A stretch of DNA of 64,000 nucleotides from an uncultured Candidatus Saccharibacteria bacterium (GTDB lineage Bacteria > Patescibacteriota > Minisyncoccia > UBA6257 > 2-01-FULL-56-20): the NCBI GenBank assembly GCA_965231155.1, contig OZ246418.1:302850-366849 (forward strand), read 5' to 3'. The notes under the pieces are model-generated. The model saw only the letters and a list, made by a program, of their open reading frames with translations. It had not been told where the DNA came from and made no database searches. A program made the position numbers and the translations under genes. Below, piece after piece: positions 18,851-27,492 of this stretch (its first letter is position 1; each line of letters starts with the position of its first letter).

Positions 18851-19285
18851 TTACCAACGTCTCCATCCTCGACTTCTGCCGACGTAGATGCTGACCCTCG
18901 GGGAAGCGTAGTATCCTCCCCAGCCTCCCCGACGGAATGCGCAGTGGCCGACCTGGGTCTGTCGGTCGAGTTCTTCCCGGGTGACTATCCAGGCCTCTCG
19001 TTGGCCCGGATAGGAGGGACAGTACTTGCGTACCGCCGTTCCGTGGGGGCTAGAAGCGACCAGCGTCAGCTCAGTAGGCGAATTACCTTCAACAGTAGCC
19101 GACTGGCCACTGGAGATGGTAATCCGTTCATCGCCGACGATCCCCAGCGCCATCGGGGCGCCGGTTTGGTTTTCTACCTGGACGACGAGAGTCGCCAGAA
19201 GAGATGATCCACCTCCTTCGGTGATGCGCTGGGTGGCACATCCCGAAAGAAGAAGACACAAGCCAATCAGAATTTTTAGGGCCAT
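18851..19285 (-). CDS. Putative lipoprotein, orphan
   Basis: Lipobox LLLSG-C; strong SD AAAGGAGG and an upstream TTGACT...GATAAT promoter; G/R/W-rich tail. Confidence 0.7.
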   Translation of the reverse strand: MALKILIGLCLLLSGCATQRITEGGGSSLLATLVVQVENQTGAPMALGIVGDERITISSGQSATVEGNSPTELTLVASSPHGTAVRKYCPSYPGQREAWIVTREELDRQTQVGHCAFRRGGWGGYYASPRVSIYVGRSRGWRRW

Positions 19286-19432
19286 CTCGCCCTCCTTTCG
19301 TATTTGTGGGAGTTACTGTTTACATTATCACATTATTTTTGTAAGTAGTCAATAGTACTATAGCAAAGAATATTTTTTCGAGAAACGGATATTCATTGTA
19401 GGAAAACTCTTTTAGAACTAAAATTGAACTAC

Positions 19433-21109
19433 ATGGTTCTTCAGCCAAGAGATATTCAACAGAAAGTTTCTCAGATTCGTCGCGAGGCGGAGGAGCGAGC
19501 GGCTCAGGCGCGTGCTAAGCAGGCCGGCGTTGGATATGTCGATGTTCGGAAATCGCCGACTTCTTTAGATGCGCTGAAACTTTTAACCGAAGAGCAGTCC
19601 AGAAAAGCTCAGGCGGTAGTCATTCAGAAAGGAAATGGCACAGCTGCCTTAGCCGCCTATGATCCGAAGAGTGAAGAGGTGGCGGGAGTTCTTAAGATTA
19701 TTGAAGAGAAGGGATTTAAGGTGAAACTTTTTACGGTTTCTGAAGACAGTCTTGAGGAGGTGTGGAAGATGTATCGTTTCGTGTCTCAGGAGGTAAAAGA
19801 TATTACAGGGAATGTTGAGGTTACGAAGGATAATTTTGAAGAGACCAAGGCGCGACTGAAGGATTTTCACGGAGTAGAAAAAGAGTTTGCCGATTTAGAT
19901 TATGACAATATTCCAACCACTAAGTTTTTTGAGTTGGTGCTGATTGGTGCGATTACTTCGCGTGCTTCAGATATTCACTTGGAGGCCGAAGAGAAGGGTG
20001 CGCGTTTTCGGTATCGTATCGATGGCGTGTTGCACGATGTTTCGGCCAAAGTGCCAACGAGAAATTATGAAAATATTGTGACGCGAGTGAAGTTGCTCTC
20101 GGGATTAAAGTTAAACATTAAAACAGAAACACAGGACGGACGTTTCACAATTCGTTTAGCTGAAAAAGATATTGAGATGCGCGTGTCGATTATTCCTTCT
20201 CAGTACGGAGAGACGATCGTGATGCGTATTTTGGATCCGGCTGGTATTAACGTGACTTTGGCTCAGCTTGGTTTTCGAGCAGATGATCTGGAGTTGGTAC
20301 AGCATGAGCTGAACCGCCCGAATGGACTGATTTTAAATACTGGCCCAACCGGTTCGGGAAAAACAACAACGCTGTATACTTTTTTGCGTACGGTCAGCAG
20401 CCCAGAGATGAAGGTAATTACTATTGAGGATCCGGTGGAGTATCACCTGCCGGGGATTTCTCAGACGCAGACCGATCCCAAGGCGGGATATACATTTGCC
20501 AGTGGTCTGAAGGCAATTCTCCGACAGGATCCGGATATAATTCTCGTTGGTGAAATTCGTGATTTAGAGACGGCGGAGATTGCTATGAACGCCTCGCTCA
20601 CCGGTCACTTGGTGTTTTCCACACTTCATACAAATGATGCCTTAGGAGCAGTGCCTCGTTTTGTGGACTTAGGTGTAAAACCAGCAATCTTGGGGCCGGG
20701 CTTGAGTTTGGTTATTGCGCAGCGTTTAGTTCGAAAGCTTTGTGAGAAGTGTAAAAAACTGACCACCCCAACCGAGGAGATGGTTCAGAAGATAAAAGTT
20801 TTTTTGGAGAAACTTCCAAAACGAGTAGCTCGCGAACCGTATCAGGATTTCAAGATTTATGAACCGGCTGGCTGTGACGCGTGTGGCAACTTTGGATACA
20901 AGGGTCGTGTGGGTATCTATGAGTTCTTTCGCAATACGCCAGAACTTCAGGAGCTAATCGCTCAAGGAGTTTCTGTGGTGGCGCTTCGTAAAGAAGCGGT
21001 CCGTCAGGAGATGATCTTTTTACAACAGGATGGGATTTTGAAAGTACTTCAGGGTATGACTACGTTTTCTGAAGTGGAGGACGTGACTGGCGAGATCGAG
21101 TGGACATAG
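19433..21109 (+). CDS. pilB: PilB/GspE-family type IV pilus / type II secretion assembly ATPase
   Basis: ASDIHLE, RYRIDG, QDGRF, TGPTGSGKTTTLY, TIEDPVE, LRQDPDIILVGEIRD, GHLVFSTLHTN, CxxC pairs. Confidence 0.93.
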   Translation: MVLQPRDIQQKVSQIRREAEERAAQARAKQAGVGYVDVRKSPTSLDALKLLTEEQSRKAQAVVIQKGNGTAALAAYDPKSEEVAGVLKIIEEKGFKVKLFTVSEDSLEEVWKMYRFVSQEVKDITGNVEVTKDNFEETKARLKDFHGVEKEFADLDYDNIPTTKFFELVLIGAITSRASDIHLEAEEKGARFRYRIDGVLHDVSAKVPTRNYENIVTRVKLLSGLKLNIKTETQDGRFTIRLAEKDIEMRVSIIPSQYGETIVMRILDPAGINVTLAQLGFRADDLELVQHELNRPNGLILNTGPTGSGKTTTLYTFLRTVSSPEMKVITIEDPVEYHLPGISQTQTDPKAGYTFASGLKAILRQDPDIILVGEIRDLETAEIAMNASLTGHLVFSTLHTNDALGAVPRFVDLGVKPAILGPGLSLVIAQRLVRKLCEKCKKLTTPTEEMVQKIKVFLEKLPKRVAREPYQDFKIYEPAGCDACGNFGYKGRVGIYEFFRNTPELQELIAQGVSVVALRKEAVRQEMIFLQQDGILKVLQGMTTFSEVEDVTGEIEWT

Positions 21110-21164
21110 TGTGTATGAGAAATACGGGTTTCTTTTAGTATTTCTCATACACACTATGTCCACT
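21099..21164. repeat. Perfect 27-bp inverted repeat (12-nt loop) overlapping the pilB stop codon
   Basis: AGTGGACATAGTGTGTATGAGAAATAC (21099..21125) and its exact reverse complement (21138..21164), between convergent genes. Confidence 0.9.
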
Positions 21165-21182
21165 ACTAAAGAGGAGGGGGGG

Positions 21183-21524
21183 TTAGAGATCTTTTCCGTT
21201 ATAAGGGGTGAGCGTGAGTTCGGAAATATTGATTCCGTCTAAACAGCGGACGTTGATAGAGACTTTTGGAAAGGTGACTCCTTCGGCAAACGACTGGACG
21301 CCACATATTCGACAAAAGAGATGGCGAATCATTTTTTTATTAAAATTGTATTCAGTTAATTGATCGGCACCAGAAAGGAGTCTGAATTTATCTTTATCAA
21401 CAAACCCAAGAAGGAGACCCTTCTTTTCACAGTGGGAGCAGTTGCAAACAAGAATTTTTTCGAGATCCATTTCCACTTCATATCGAACTGCACCACAATG
21501 GCAACCACCAGAGTATGTTTTCAT
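21183..21524 (-). CDS. GFA/CENP-V family Zn-binding protein
   Basis: Start re-called at MKTYSGGCHCGAVRYE...CNCSHC...HLFCRICG...INVRCL. Confidence 0.9.
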   Translation of the reverse strand: MKTYSGGCHCGAVRYEVEMDLEKILVCNCSHCEKKGLLLGFVDKDKFRLLSGADQLTEYNFNKKMIRHLFCRICGVQSFAEGVTFPKVSINVRCLDGINISELTLTPYNGKDL

Positions 21525-21606
21525 GTTCTTATGGTATAGCGATTTCTTTTTTTCTACTACCATGGCTTGCTTTATATCTGATAAGAGTCTAGTGTAGAAA
21601 CCATAT

Positions 21607-22209
21607 ATGGCATTTTTTAAAAAACCAGGAGGATTTGGAGGTGGGCGAGGCGGTGATCGTGGGAACGATCGTGGGTCAAGTCGTTTTGGCGACAAACCAC
21701 GCTTTGGCGATAGGAAGCCGAGTTTTGGTGGTAAGCCAGGTGGGTTTCGAGGCGGGGATGACCGTGGGGGATTTGGGGGCCGACCGCCAGTACAACTTTT
21801 TAAGGCAACTTGCGCTGAGTGTGGAAATTCCTGTGAGGTGCCTTTCCGTCCATCAGGCGAGAAGCCAGTGTATTGCAACAACTGTTTCACCGGCAACAAG
21901 GATCGCGACGGTGGTCGTAGTTTTGAGAAGCGAGACTTTAAGCCACGAGATTCTTTTGCACCGGCCTCGTCAGCACCAGACAAGCGAATTGATGAGATAA
22001 AGAAACAGTTAGATGTGATGCAGGCGAAGATAAACGATATCTTGCAGATGCTCACCGTGTATAAGATTGATGAGGCGAGTAAGCGCCAGCCTGTCGTAGA
22101 ACCAAAGAAAAAAGTGGTGCCTATGTCTGCGCCGACTCTTACTCTAAAGAAGAAGGTGGTTGCGAGTGTAGTTACACCAAAAAAGAAAACTACTCCAAAG
22201 AAGAAGTAA
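21607..22209 (+). CDS. CxxC-x17-CxxC zinc-ribbon protein with RGG-rich N-terminus and Lys-rich tail
   Basis: ATCAECGNSCEVPFRPSGEKPVYCNNCF. Confidence 0.88.
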   Translation: MAFFKKPGGFGGGRGGDRGNDRGSSRFGDKPRFGDRKPSFGGKPGGFRGGDDRGGFGGRPPVQLFKATCAECGNSCEVPFRPSGEKPVYCNNCFTGNKDRDGGRSFEKRDFKPRDSFAPASSAPDKRIDEIKKQLDVMQAKINDILQMLTVYKIDEASKRQPVVEPKKKVVPMSAPTLTLKKKVVASVVTPKKKTTPKKK

Positions 22210-22233
22210 GAGGGTGGGTTAGTATTTTTCCTG

Positions 22234-22740
22234 ATGCAAGTTCCCTGGCGACGATCAGACAAATTCAAAAAACCGGACCAAGGTCCGGTATACCTCACTT
22301 CCGAGGGACACGAGCGTCTTAAAAAAGAACTTCTTGAGTTGAAAAAGATTCTTCCCGCACGGATTGCCGAAACCGCTCGGACGGCGGCGTATGGTGATCG
22401 TTCAGATAATGCCGAATACAAACAGGCCAAAGGCGCGCTTCGTTGGACGAACTATCGAATTTTGGAAATTGAGGATCAGTTGAAACGAGTTTCTGTTATT
22501 GAAGTTGGTAAAAATAGGACTGGTCTAATTCGTCTCGGTTCAATCGTTACCTTAGAGACCAAGAGTAGGGACAAAAAAATTTTCCAAATAGTTGGAGACA
22601 AGGAAACAAGGCCTGAGCAGGGACGGATCTCTTATGAATCTCCGTTGGGAAGTTTATTAATGAACAAAAAAATTGGCGACATAGTTTTTCTTGAGACGAC
22701 TCACGGTACGCAGCAATTTCGTATTGTTGGGATAGGATAG
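22234..22740 (+). CDS. greA: Transcription elongation factor, GreA/GreB family
   Basis: YLTSEG, GDRSDNAEYKQAK, ISYESPLG. Confidence 0.9.
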   Translation: MQVPWRRSDKFKKPDQGPVYLTSEGHERLKKELLELKKILPARIAETARTAAYGDRSDNAEYKQAKGALRWTNYRILEIEDQLKRVSVIEVGKNRTGLIRLGSIVTLETKSRDKKIFQIVGDKETRPEQGRISYESPLGSLLMNKKIGDIVFLETTHGTQQFRIVGIG

Positions 22741-22785
22741 ATTCTTTTGAGGAAGCTTTTGTTGTGTTTTGTTATACTGTTTCAT

Positions 22786-23172
22786 ATGAATGAAGACAAG
22801 CATCCTTTTGCTTTCTCCTTGGGAAGGTTTTTCTCTGGGCTGGTAGTGGGATGGGGCATACCACTTTTGCTGGCAGCTTTTTTAGGAAAGATAAGTGGCG
22901 AGTCGTTTGGATTATTTGTATTTTTGCCAAGCGGTTTTTTTTATAGTTTCACAGTTTTCTTTTTTCTCTTTATAACGAAGTGGTTCAAGAGTGGAAAGTT
23001 GCCGTTGTTTTATCTAGGGACTATTATTTCTTGTTTTTCTCTCCTTCCTATGATCTTGGCTACTTTCTTTGGGCCGGGTGATGAAGGTGTAATAGTCACC
23101 CATCTTGTTTCCTTGCTCAGGCTGGCTATAGTGTATCCGTTCGAGGCATTACTTAAGTTTGTTTTTAGGTAG
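22786..23172 (+). CDS. Small multi-pass membrane protein
   Basis: Hydrophobic ORF; start placed at ATG 22786, 7 nt after TATACT. Confidence 0.6.
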   Translation: MNEDKHPFAFSLGRFFSGLVVGWGIPLLLAAFLGKISGESFGLFVFLPSGFFYSFTVFFFLFITKWFKSGKLPLFYLGTIISCFSLLPMILATFFGPGDEGVIVTHLVSLLRLAIVYPFEALLKFVFR

Positions 23173-23209
23173 ATTGTTCTTTAAAAGTATTTCTTCTATT
23201 ATCACGAAT

Positions 23210-23905
23210 ATGATTAAGGGCATCGCATTTGATCTCGAGGGGACGGTGGTAGATGTGGAGGCGGCGCACCATCAAGGACATTTTGTGGCAGCACGGGAGG
23301 TGGGGGTGGAGCTTGATTTAGATTCGGCGCTAGAGAAGCTTCCTCATTTTATTGGCGGTCCGGATGATCGGATTGCCGAGGAGATTCTGGCGCTTTCTCC
23401 GCAGAAAGATTCGATTACCGCTGAACAGATTTTAGTGCGGGATAAGTACTGGTATGAGATATATCTCAAAGAACTGCCAGTGGCGCCCCGACCAGGATTT
23501 TTGAGAGTTTTTAACGAGCTAAAGGAGCATGGCTTTTTGGTGAGTATCGGATCGTTAACGGCTGAGATTCAGGCCACTTTTCTTCTCGATCAGTCAGGAC
23601 TGAAGCAACTTTTTGGAGCAGAGAACATTGTTCTTCGTGAACATGTGGAAAATATGAAACCAGCTCCTGATGTTTTTTTGAAGACTGCGGCGATTATGGG
23701 GCTTGATCCTAAGGAACAGTTAGTTTTTGAGGACTCGTCAAATGGCGTGCGCGCCGCTCGGGCGGCGGGGTCGATAGCAATCGGGATGCCGGTCTACAAT
23801 CGCCCGGAAACAGTCCAGGCACTGACCGAGGCTGGGGCGTCCAAAATATTTACTTCCTGGGAGGAGATAAATATAGAGGAGTTGATTCGAGAACTTTCGT
23901 CCTAG
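23210..23905 (+). CDS. HAD-superfamily phosphatase (beta-PGM/CbbY-like)
   Basis: FDLEGTVVD, KPAPDVF, VFEDSSNGVRAA. Confidence 0.88.
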   Translation: MIKGIAFDLEGTVVDVEAAHHQGHFVAAREVGVELDLDSALEKLPHFIGGPDDRIAEEILALSPQKDSITAEQILVRDKYWYEIYLKELPVAPRPGFLRVFNELKEHGFLVSIGSLTAEIQATFLLDQSGLKQLFGAENIVLREHVENMKPAPDVFLKTAAIMGLDPKEQLVFEDSSNGVRAARAAGSIAIGMPVYNRPETVQALTEAGASKIFTSWEEINIEELIRELSS

Positions 23906-23908
23906 GTT

Positions 23909-24919
23909 CTACTCTGAGATAAGGACGGTGTTGCCTGTGGGTACAAACTGAAAATGTTCTTCTTTGAACTTGCGGAGCGCTTTTCTAATGGCACGGTGTT
24001 TTGAAGGAGGGGCGAGGAAGAACATAAATCCGCCGCCACCGGCTCCACTGACGCGGCCACCCCAAGCTCCCGCTTTTTTGGCTCGAGCGTACATAGTTTC
24101 AAGATGAGGAGTGGTTACGCCAGCCGTCAGATTTTTCTTTACTACCCACTCTTCTTCTAGGATTTCCGCAAAACGTTTGAGATTTCCACCTTTAAGGGCC
24201 TTAATCGCTGGCGGAATAAGAGCGGCCATTTGTTGGAGATAGGAGAAGTTATCTTTGTGTTTCTTTTTTTGCGCGCCAAGGATGGTAGTCGCGGAGTGAC
24301 CGTGGCCGGTATTAAAGACCAGGAAGTGCTTATAGAAATCTTTTGCAGCGTTTTGAGAGAGTTTAATTTCAGTGCGTTCGACGTAGCCGTCTTTTTTAAA
24401 AACCAGATAGTTGATTGCTCCAAAGGCGGCGCCATACTGATCCTGTTTGCCGATGGGCTCCTTGAGGATGTTAATTTCTAAATGAGAGGCGGCTTCGGCG
24501 AGTTCGCGAGGAGAGGGTTTTTTGCCGAGAAGAGTGGAGAGGGCAGAGATGATGGCTACACTGAAGCTGCTCGAGGAGCCGAGACCGGCGCTGCCGTGGA
24601 GATCAGCCAGAGAGATAATCTCGATGTTTTTTTTGATTCCGGCTTCGATTAACGCAGCCTGAGTCCGGGAACGGGGAAGTTTTTCCGCAGAAGAGACCTC
24701 TTTGATATCTTCATAGATAAAGCGGACTTTTGGTTCCTCGATTCTTCGCACGAGAACATAAATGTACTTATTGATTCCGGCGTTCAAGACGCGGCCGGTG
24801 GCGCGGGTATAAAAGGAAGCCATGTCGGTGCTGCCACCCAAGAACTCTAGGCGGAGAGGTACCCTCACTAGTGCCAGCTTTTTAGTTGTCGATTTTTTTC
24901 TTTGTTTCGCTTTTCTCAT
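23909..24919 (-). CDS. GHMP sugar kinase (HddA-like heptose-7-phosphate kinase family)
   Basis: PLRLEFLGGSTD, AGLGSSSS, IGKQDQYGAAFG, SGAGGGGF. Confidence 0.88.
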   Translation of the reverse strand: MRKAKQRKKSTTKKLALVRVPLRLEFLGGSTDMASFYTRATGRVLNAGINKYIYVLVRRIEEPKVRFIYEDIKEVSSAEKLPRSRTQAALIEAGIKKNIEIISLADLHGSAGLGSSSSFSVAIISALSTLLGKKPSPRELAEAASHLEINILKEPIGKQDQYGAAFGAINYLVFKKDGYVERTEIKLSQNAAKDFYKHFLVFNTGHGHSATTILGAQKKKHKDNFSYLQQMAALIPPAIKALKGGNLKRFAEILEEEWVVKKNLTAGVTTPHLETMYARAKKAGAWGGRVSGAGGGGFMFFLAPPSKHRAIRKALRKFKEEHFQFVPTGNTVLISE

Positions 24920-24980
24920 AGCTCCATTATTTTACCACTTAATTAGTGGAAGATTCATAGGTGAAGTTGTCATAATATAC

Positions 24981-25005
24981 AAAAATACCAGACGGATGTC
25001 TGGTA
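24981..25005 (-). terminator. Intrinsic terminator (minus strand)
   Basis: Minus strand reads TACCAGAC-ATCC-GTCTGGTA-TTTTT. Confidence 0.7.
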
Positions 25006-25222
25006 GAAGTAAAAACAGTCTTTCATCTGGGGGTAATCCTGCAAGCAGGAGAGTCTTTTCTAAAATAAATTTTAGAAAAGGTTAGAAGTGCTCCGAGGAG
25101 AGATTTCGCCGAAGCCAAACCGTCCTAAGACTAAGAGCAATTCCCGCCCCCTTATATAAAGAAAGGATTAGTTTCCTTATATAAGGGGGCCACCCCCAGA
25201 TGAAAAACCACTTTTCAGTTGT
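24981..25222 (-). ncRNA. Candidate structured non-coding RNA (~240 nt), family unrecognised
   Basis: Consensus promoter upstream, terminator downstream, long closing stem with G-U pairs on the minus strand, four internal hairpins including c(UUCG)g; no minus-strand ORF in the track. Confidence 0.65.
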
Positions 25223-25228
25223 TGGCCC

Positions 25229-25256
25229 ATTATAGCAGACATTCCCAATTTGTCAA
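25229..25256 (-). promoter_or_regulatory. Consensus sigma70 promoter, TTGACA-16nt-TATAAT with extended TGn
   Basis: Minus strand reads TTGACA AATTGGGAATGTCTGC TATAAT. Confidence 0.75.
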
Positions 25257-25356
25257 TACCTAGGGAATTCGGCTCGTTTCGGGGAGGATAACAGGGTTCA
25301 ATAATGCCCTAGTCGGTAAAAGCCGTCAAGGAGGGGTCTGGATAACAAGTGTATAT

Positions 25357-25461
25357 GTTTTTTTGGGGCTATTTTTAAGACTCGGATGAAATATTGCTAT
25401 ATTTCTCCTTTGCTCCTGCCGTCGCAGTCCGCAAGGTCTTAAAAAAATAGCCCAGAAAAAC
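25357..25461. repeat. Structured intergenic element, copy B
   Basis: Arms GGGCTATTTTTAAGAC...GTCTTAAAAAAATAGCCC enclose hairpin GAAATAT-TGCT-ATATTTC and GCCGTCGC-AG-TCCGCAAGGT (25418..25437). Confidence 0.5.
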
Positions 25462-25538
25462 AAGGGAGGGGAGGGATAGATAAAATGTATATACAAATTG
25501 GCAGGTTTTTGAGGGCTGGTTTACAATTCTGGCTATAG

Positions 25539-26540
25539 ATGACTACGAAACCAAATCCAGAAGAAAATATTGATTCCAGTGTTGATCAAGCTCTTCGGCC
25601 ACAGAAGTGGGCGGAGTATGTTGGTCAGGAGAAGATTAAGGAAAATCTGCGGATTATGATTGAGGCGGCCAAACAGCGGGGAGAGTCGGCAGACCATCTT
25701 TTGTTTTCTGGTCAGGCGGGTTTGGGAAAGACCACCCTGGCGAACTTGGTGGCGATGGAGCTGGGGAGTGGTTTGCGAATTACTTCTGGTCCGGCACTAG
25801 AGAAGATGGGTGATCTGGCAGCGATCTTAACCAACTTAGAAGCCGGGGATGTGCTTTTTATAGATGAAGCGCATCGCATGAACCGGATGATTGAGGAGGT
25901 GTTGTATCCAGCCATGGAGAGTCGGAAGTTACACCTGATGATTGGTAAGGGTCCGGCGGCGCGGAGTATTACTTTAGACTTACCGGCATTTACATTAATT
26001 GCGGCGACGACGCGAGAGAGTTTGTTGTCTGGTCCGCTTCGCTCGCGTTTCGGGGCAACGTTTCGGTTGGAGTATTACACGCCGGATGATGTTTCTACTA
26101 TTATTACCCGTTCCGCCGGTATTCTGAAGGTAAGGATTAATGAAAAAGCGGTGGAGATTCTTTCTCGAGCTTCTCGAGGAACTCCGCGATTGGCGAATCG
26201 TTTGTTACGACGCGCCCGCGACTACATGCAGGTGCAGGGTGAGTCGGAAATTACGGAGAAAATTGCGCGAGACACGTTGCAACTTTTAGAGATTGACGAG
26301 ATGGGACTTGAGCCACACGACCGGAAGATTTTGGAAGCGATTATTAATAAGTTCAGTGGTGGGCCAGTGGGATTAGGAACCTTGGCGGCGGCGCTTACGG
26401 AAGATCGTGGCACTCTTGAGGAAATCTTTGAACCATATTTAATGAAAATTGGATTTTTACAGCGCACGCCAGCTGGACGCATAGTTTTGCCTCCTGCCTA
26501 CGAGCATCTTAAAATTCGTCGCCACGGGGAGTTGTTATAA
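25539..26540 (+). CDS. ruvB: Holliday junction branch-migration ATPase RuvB
   Basis: LRPQKWAEYVGQ, GQAGLGKTTLA, LFIDEAHR, SRGTPRLANRLL. Confidence 0.97.
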   Translation: MTTKPNPEENIDSSVDQALRPQKWAEYVGQEKIKENLRIMIEAAKQRGESADHLLFSGQAGLGKTTLANLVAMELGSGLRITSGPALEKMGDLAAILTNLEAGDVLFIDEAHRMNRMIEEVLYPAMESRKLHLMIGKGPAARSITLDLPAFTLIAATTRESLLSGPLRSRFGATFRLEYYTPDDVSTIITRSAGILKVRINEKAVEILSRASRGTPRLANRLLRRARDYMQVQGESEITEKIARDTLQLLEIDEMGLEPHDRKILEAIINKFSGGPVGLGTLAAALTEDRGTLEEIFEPYLMKIGFLQRTPAGRIVLPPAYEHLKIRRHGELL

Positions 26541-26546
26541 GTTCTG

Positions 26547-27131
26547 ATGTTGCAGATTAGCGAGTGGTTGCCAAATCCAAAAGGTGTCGATTCCAAAGGG
26601 GAGTGGGTGGAGCTTCAGAATGGTAATACGACTTCCATCAACACGGCGGGGTGGGTTCTGAAAAATGAAAAAGGCGTGGGGTTTGTGTTGTCAGGTAGAA
26701 CGCTTTCTCCGGGGAATTTTTTGGTAATAAAGAAGCCTGAACTTTCTCTGTCACTTCGGAATTCAAATGGTGGTCTCGGTCTTTTTGATAGTTCTGGCAC
26801 ACTTGTTGATCAGATAAAGTTTTTAGGAACAGCGCCAGAAGGAAAAAGTTTCGGAAGGACTTCTCTGGGCAATTCCTGGATGACGCCAACGCCGGGAACT
26901 CCTAATCAAACTGCCAGTTCTTCTCTTACCGCCTCTGTCTTACCCCTCGAAAAGCCAATACACGATCCGTCTTTCCCCATAATTTCCTTTGTTTTCTTCC
27001 CTATTTTCATAACCGCCTTCCTTCTCTATACTGTTAAACAAGATGAAGTCTTATCCAAGCTCCTCCTTGAAGGAAACAGGCCAGATCGTGAAGACGAAGG
27101 TCTTGCCTATACTCTCAAAAAAGAAGAGTAA
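26547..27131 (+). CDS. Lamin-tail-domain (LTD) protein with C-terminal TM anchor
   Basis: ISEWLPNPKGVD..EWVELQN...GWVL...LRNSNG...PTPGTPN. Confidence 0.8.
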   Translation: MLQISEWLPNPKGVDSKGEWVELQNGNTTSINTAGWVLKNEKGVGFVLSGRTLSPGNFLVIKKPELSLSLRNSNGGLGLFDSSGTLVDQIKFLGTAPEGKSFGRTSLGNSWMTPTPGTPNQTASSSLTASVLPLEKPIHDPSFPIISFVFFPIFITAFLLYTVKQDEVLSKLLLEGNRPDREDEGLAYTLKKEE

Positions 27132-27492
27132 GAAGGCCACGATTTTGGCGCTCACGGGCGACTTGGGGTCAGGCAAAACGGCTCTTACTCGGAGTCTTTT
27201 GAGAAATCTTGGTGTGAGAGGCCGGGTGACGAGTCCGACGTTTACTCTTATCCGTCACTATCGACTGAATAAAACAGCGCCTTTTACGGATGCCTATCAT
27301 ATGGATTGTTATCGTTTACGGAAGCCAGAAGAACTTCTTGTGCTGGGGTTCGAAGAGATTATTAATAATCCGAGCAATTTAGTAATTATCGAATGGCCAG
27401 AGTTGATGAAAAGCTACTTGTCCAAACAATCGACCGTAGAATTTTCTTTAGAACACGGCAAAGGAAAAAGTGAGCGGATTATACGTATATGA
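27043..27492 (+). CDS. tsaE: tRNA threonylcarbamoyladenosine biosynthesis ATPase TsaE
   Basis: LTGDLGSGKT, VTSPTFTL, HMDCYRL, IIEWPE. Confidence 0.93.
   Translation: MKSYPSSSLKETGQIVKTKVLPILSKKKSKKATILALTGDLGSGKTALTRSLLRNLGVRGRVTSPTFTLIRHYRLNKTAPFTDAYHMDCYRLRKPEELLVLGFEEIINNPSNLVIIEWPELMKSYLSKQSTVEFSLEHGKGKSERIIRI

Noticed and set aside
18710-19355. Plus-strand ORFs 18710..19207 and 19026..19355
   Set aside because: Antisense to the lipoprotein gene, which has an SD, a promoter and a lipobox.
21183-22430. 415-aa minus-strand ORF
   Set aside because: Only the last 113 aa are the GFA protein; the rest is antisense shadow of the CxxC-x17-CxxC and greA genes.
25021-25205. tmRNA, SRP RNA or RNase P RNA
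   Set aside because: GGGGGT...ACCCCCA ends resemble an acceptor stem, but there is no T-loop, no SRP GGAA domain-IV motif and no GAGGAAAGTCC.
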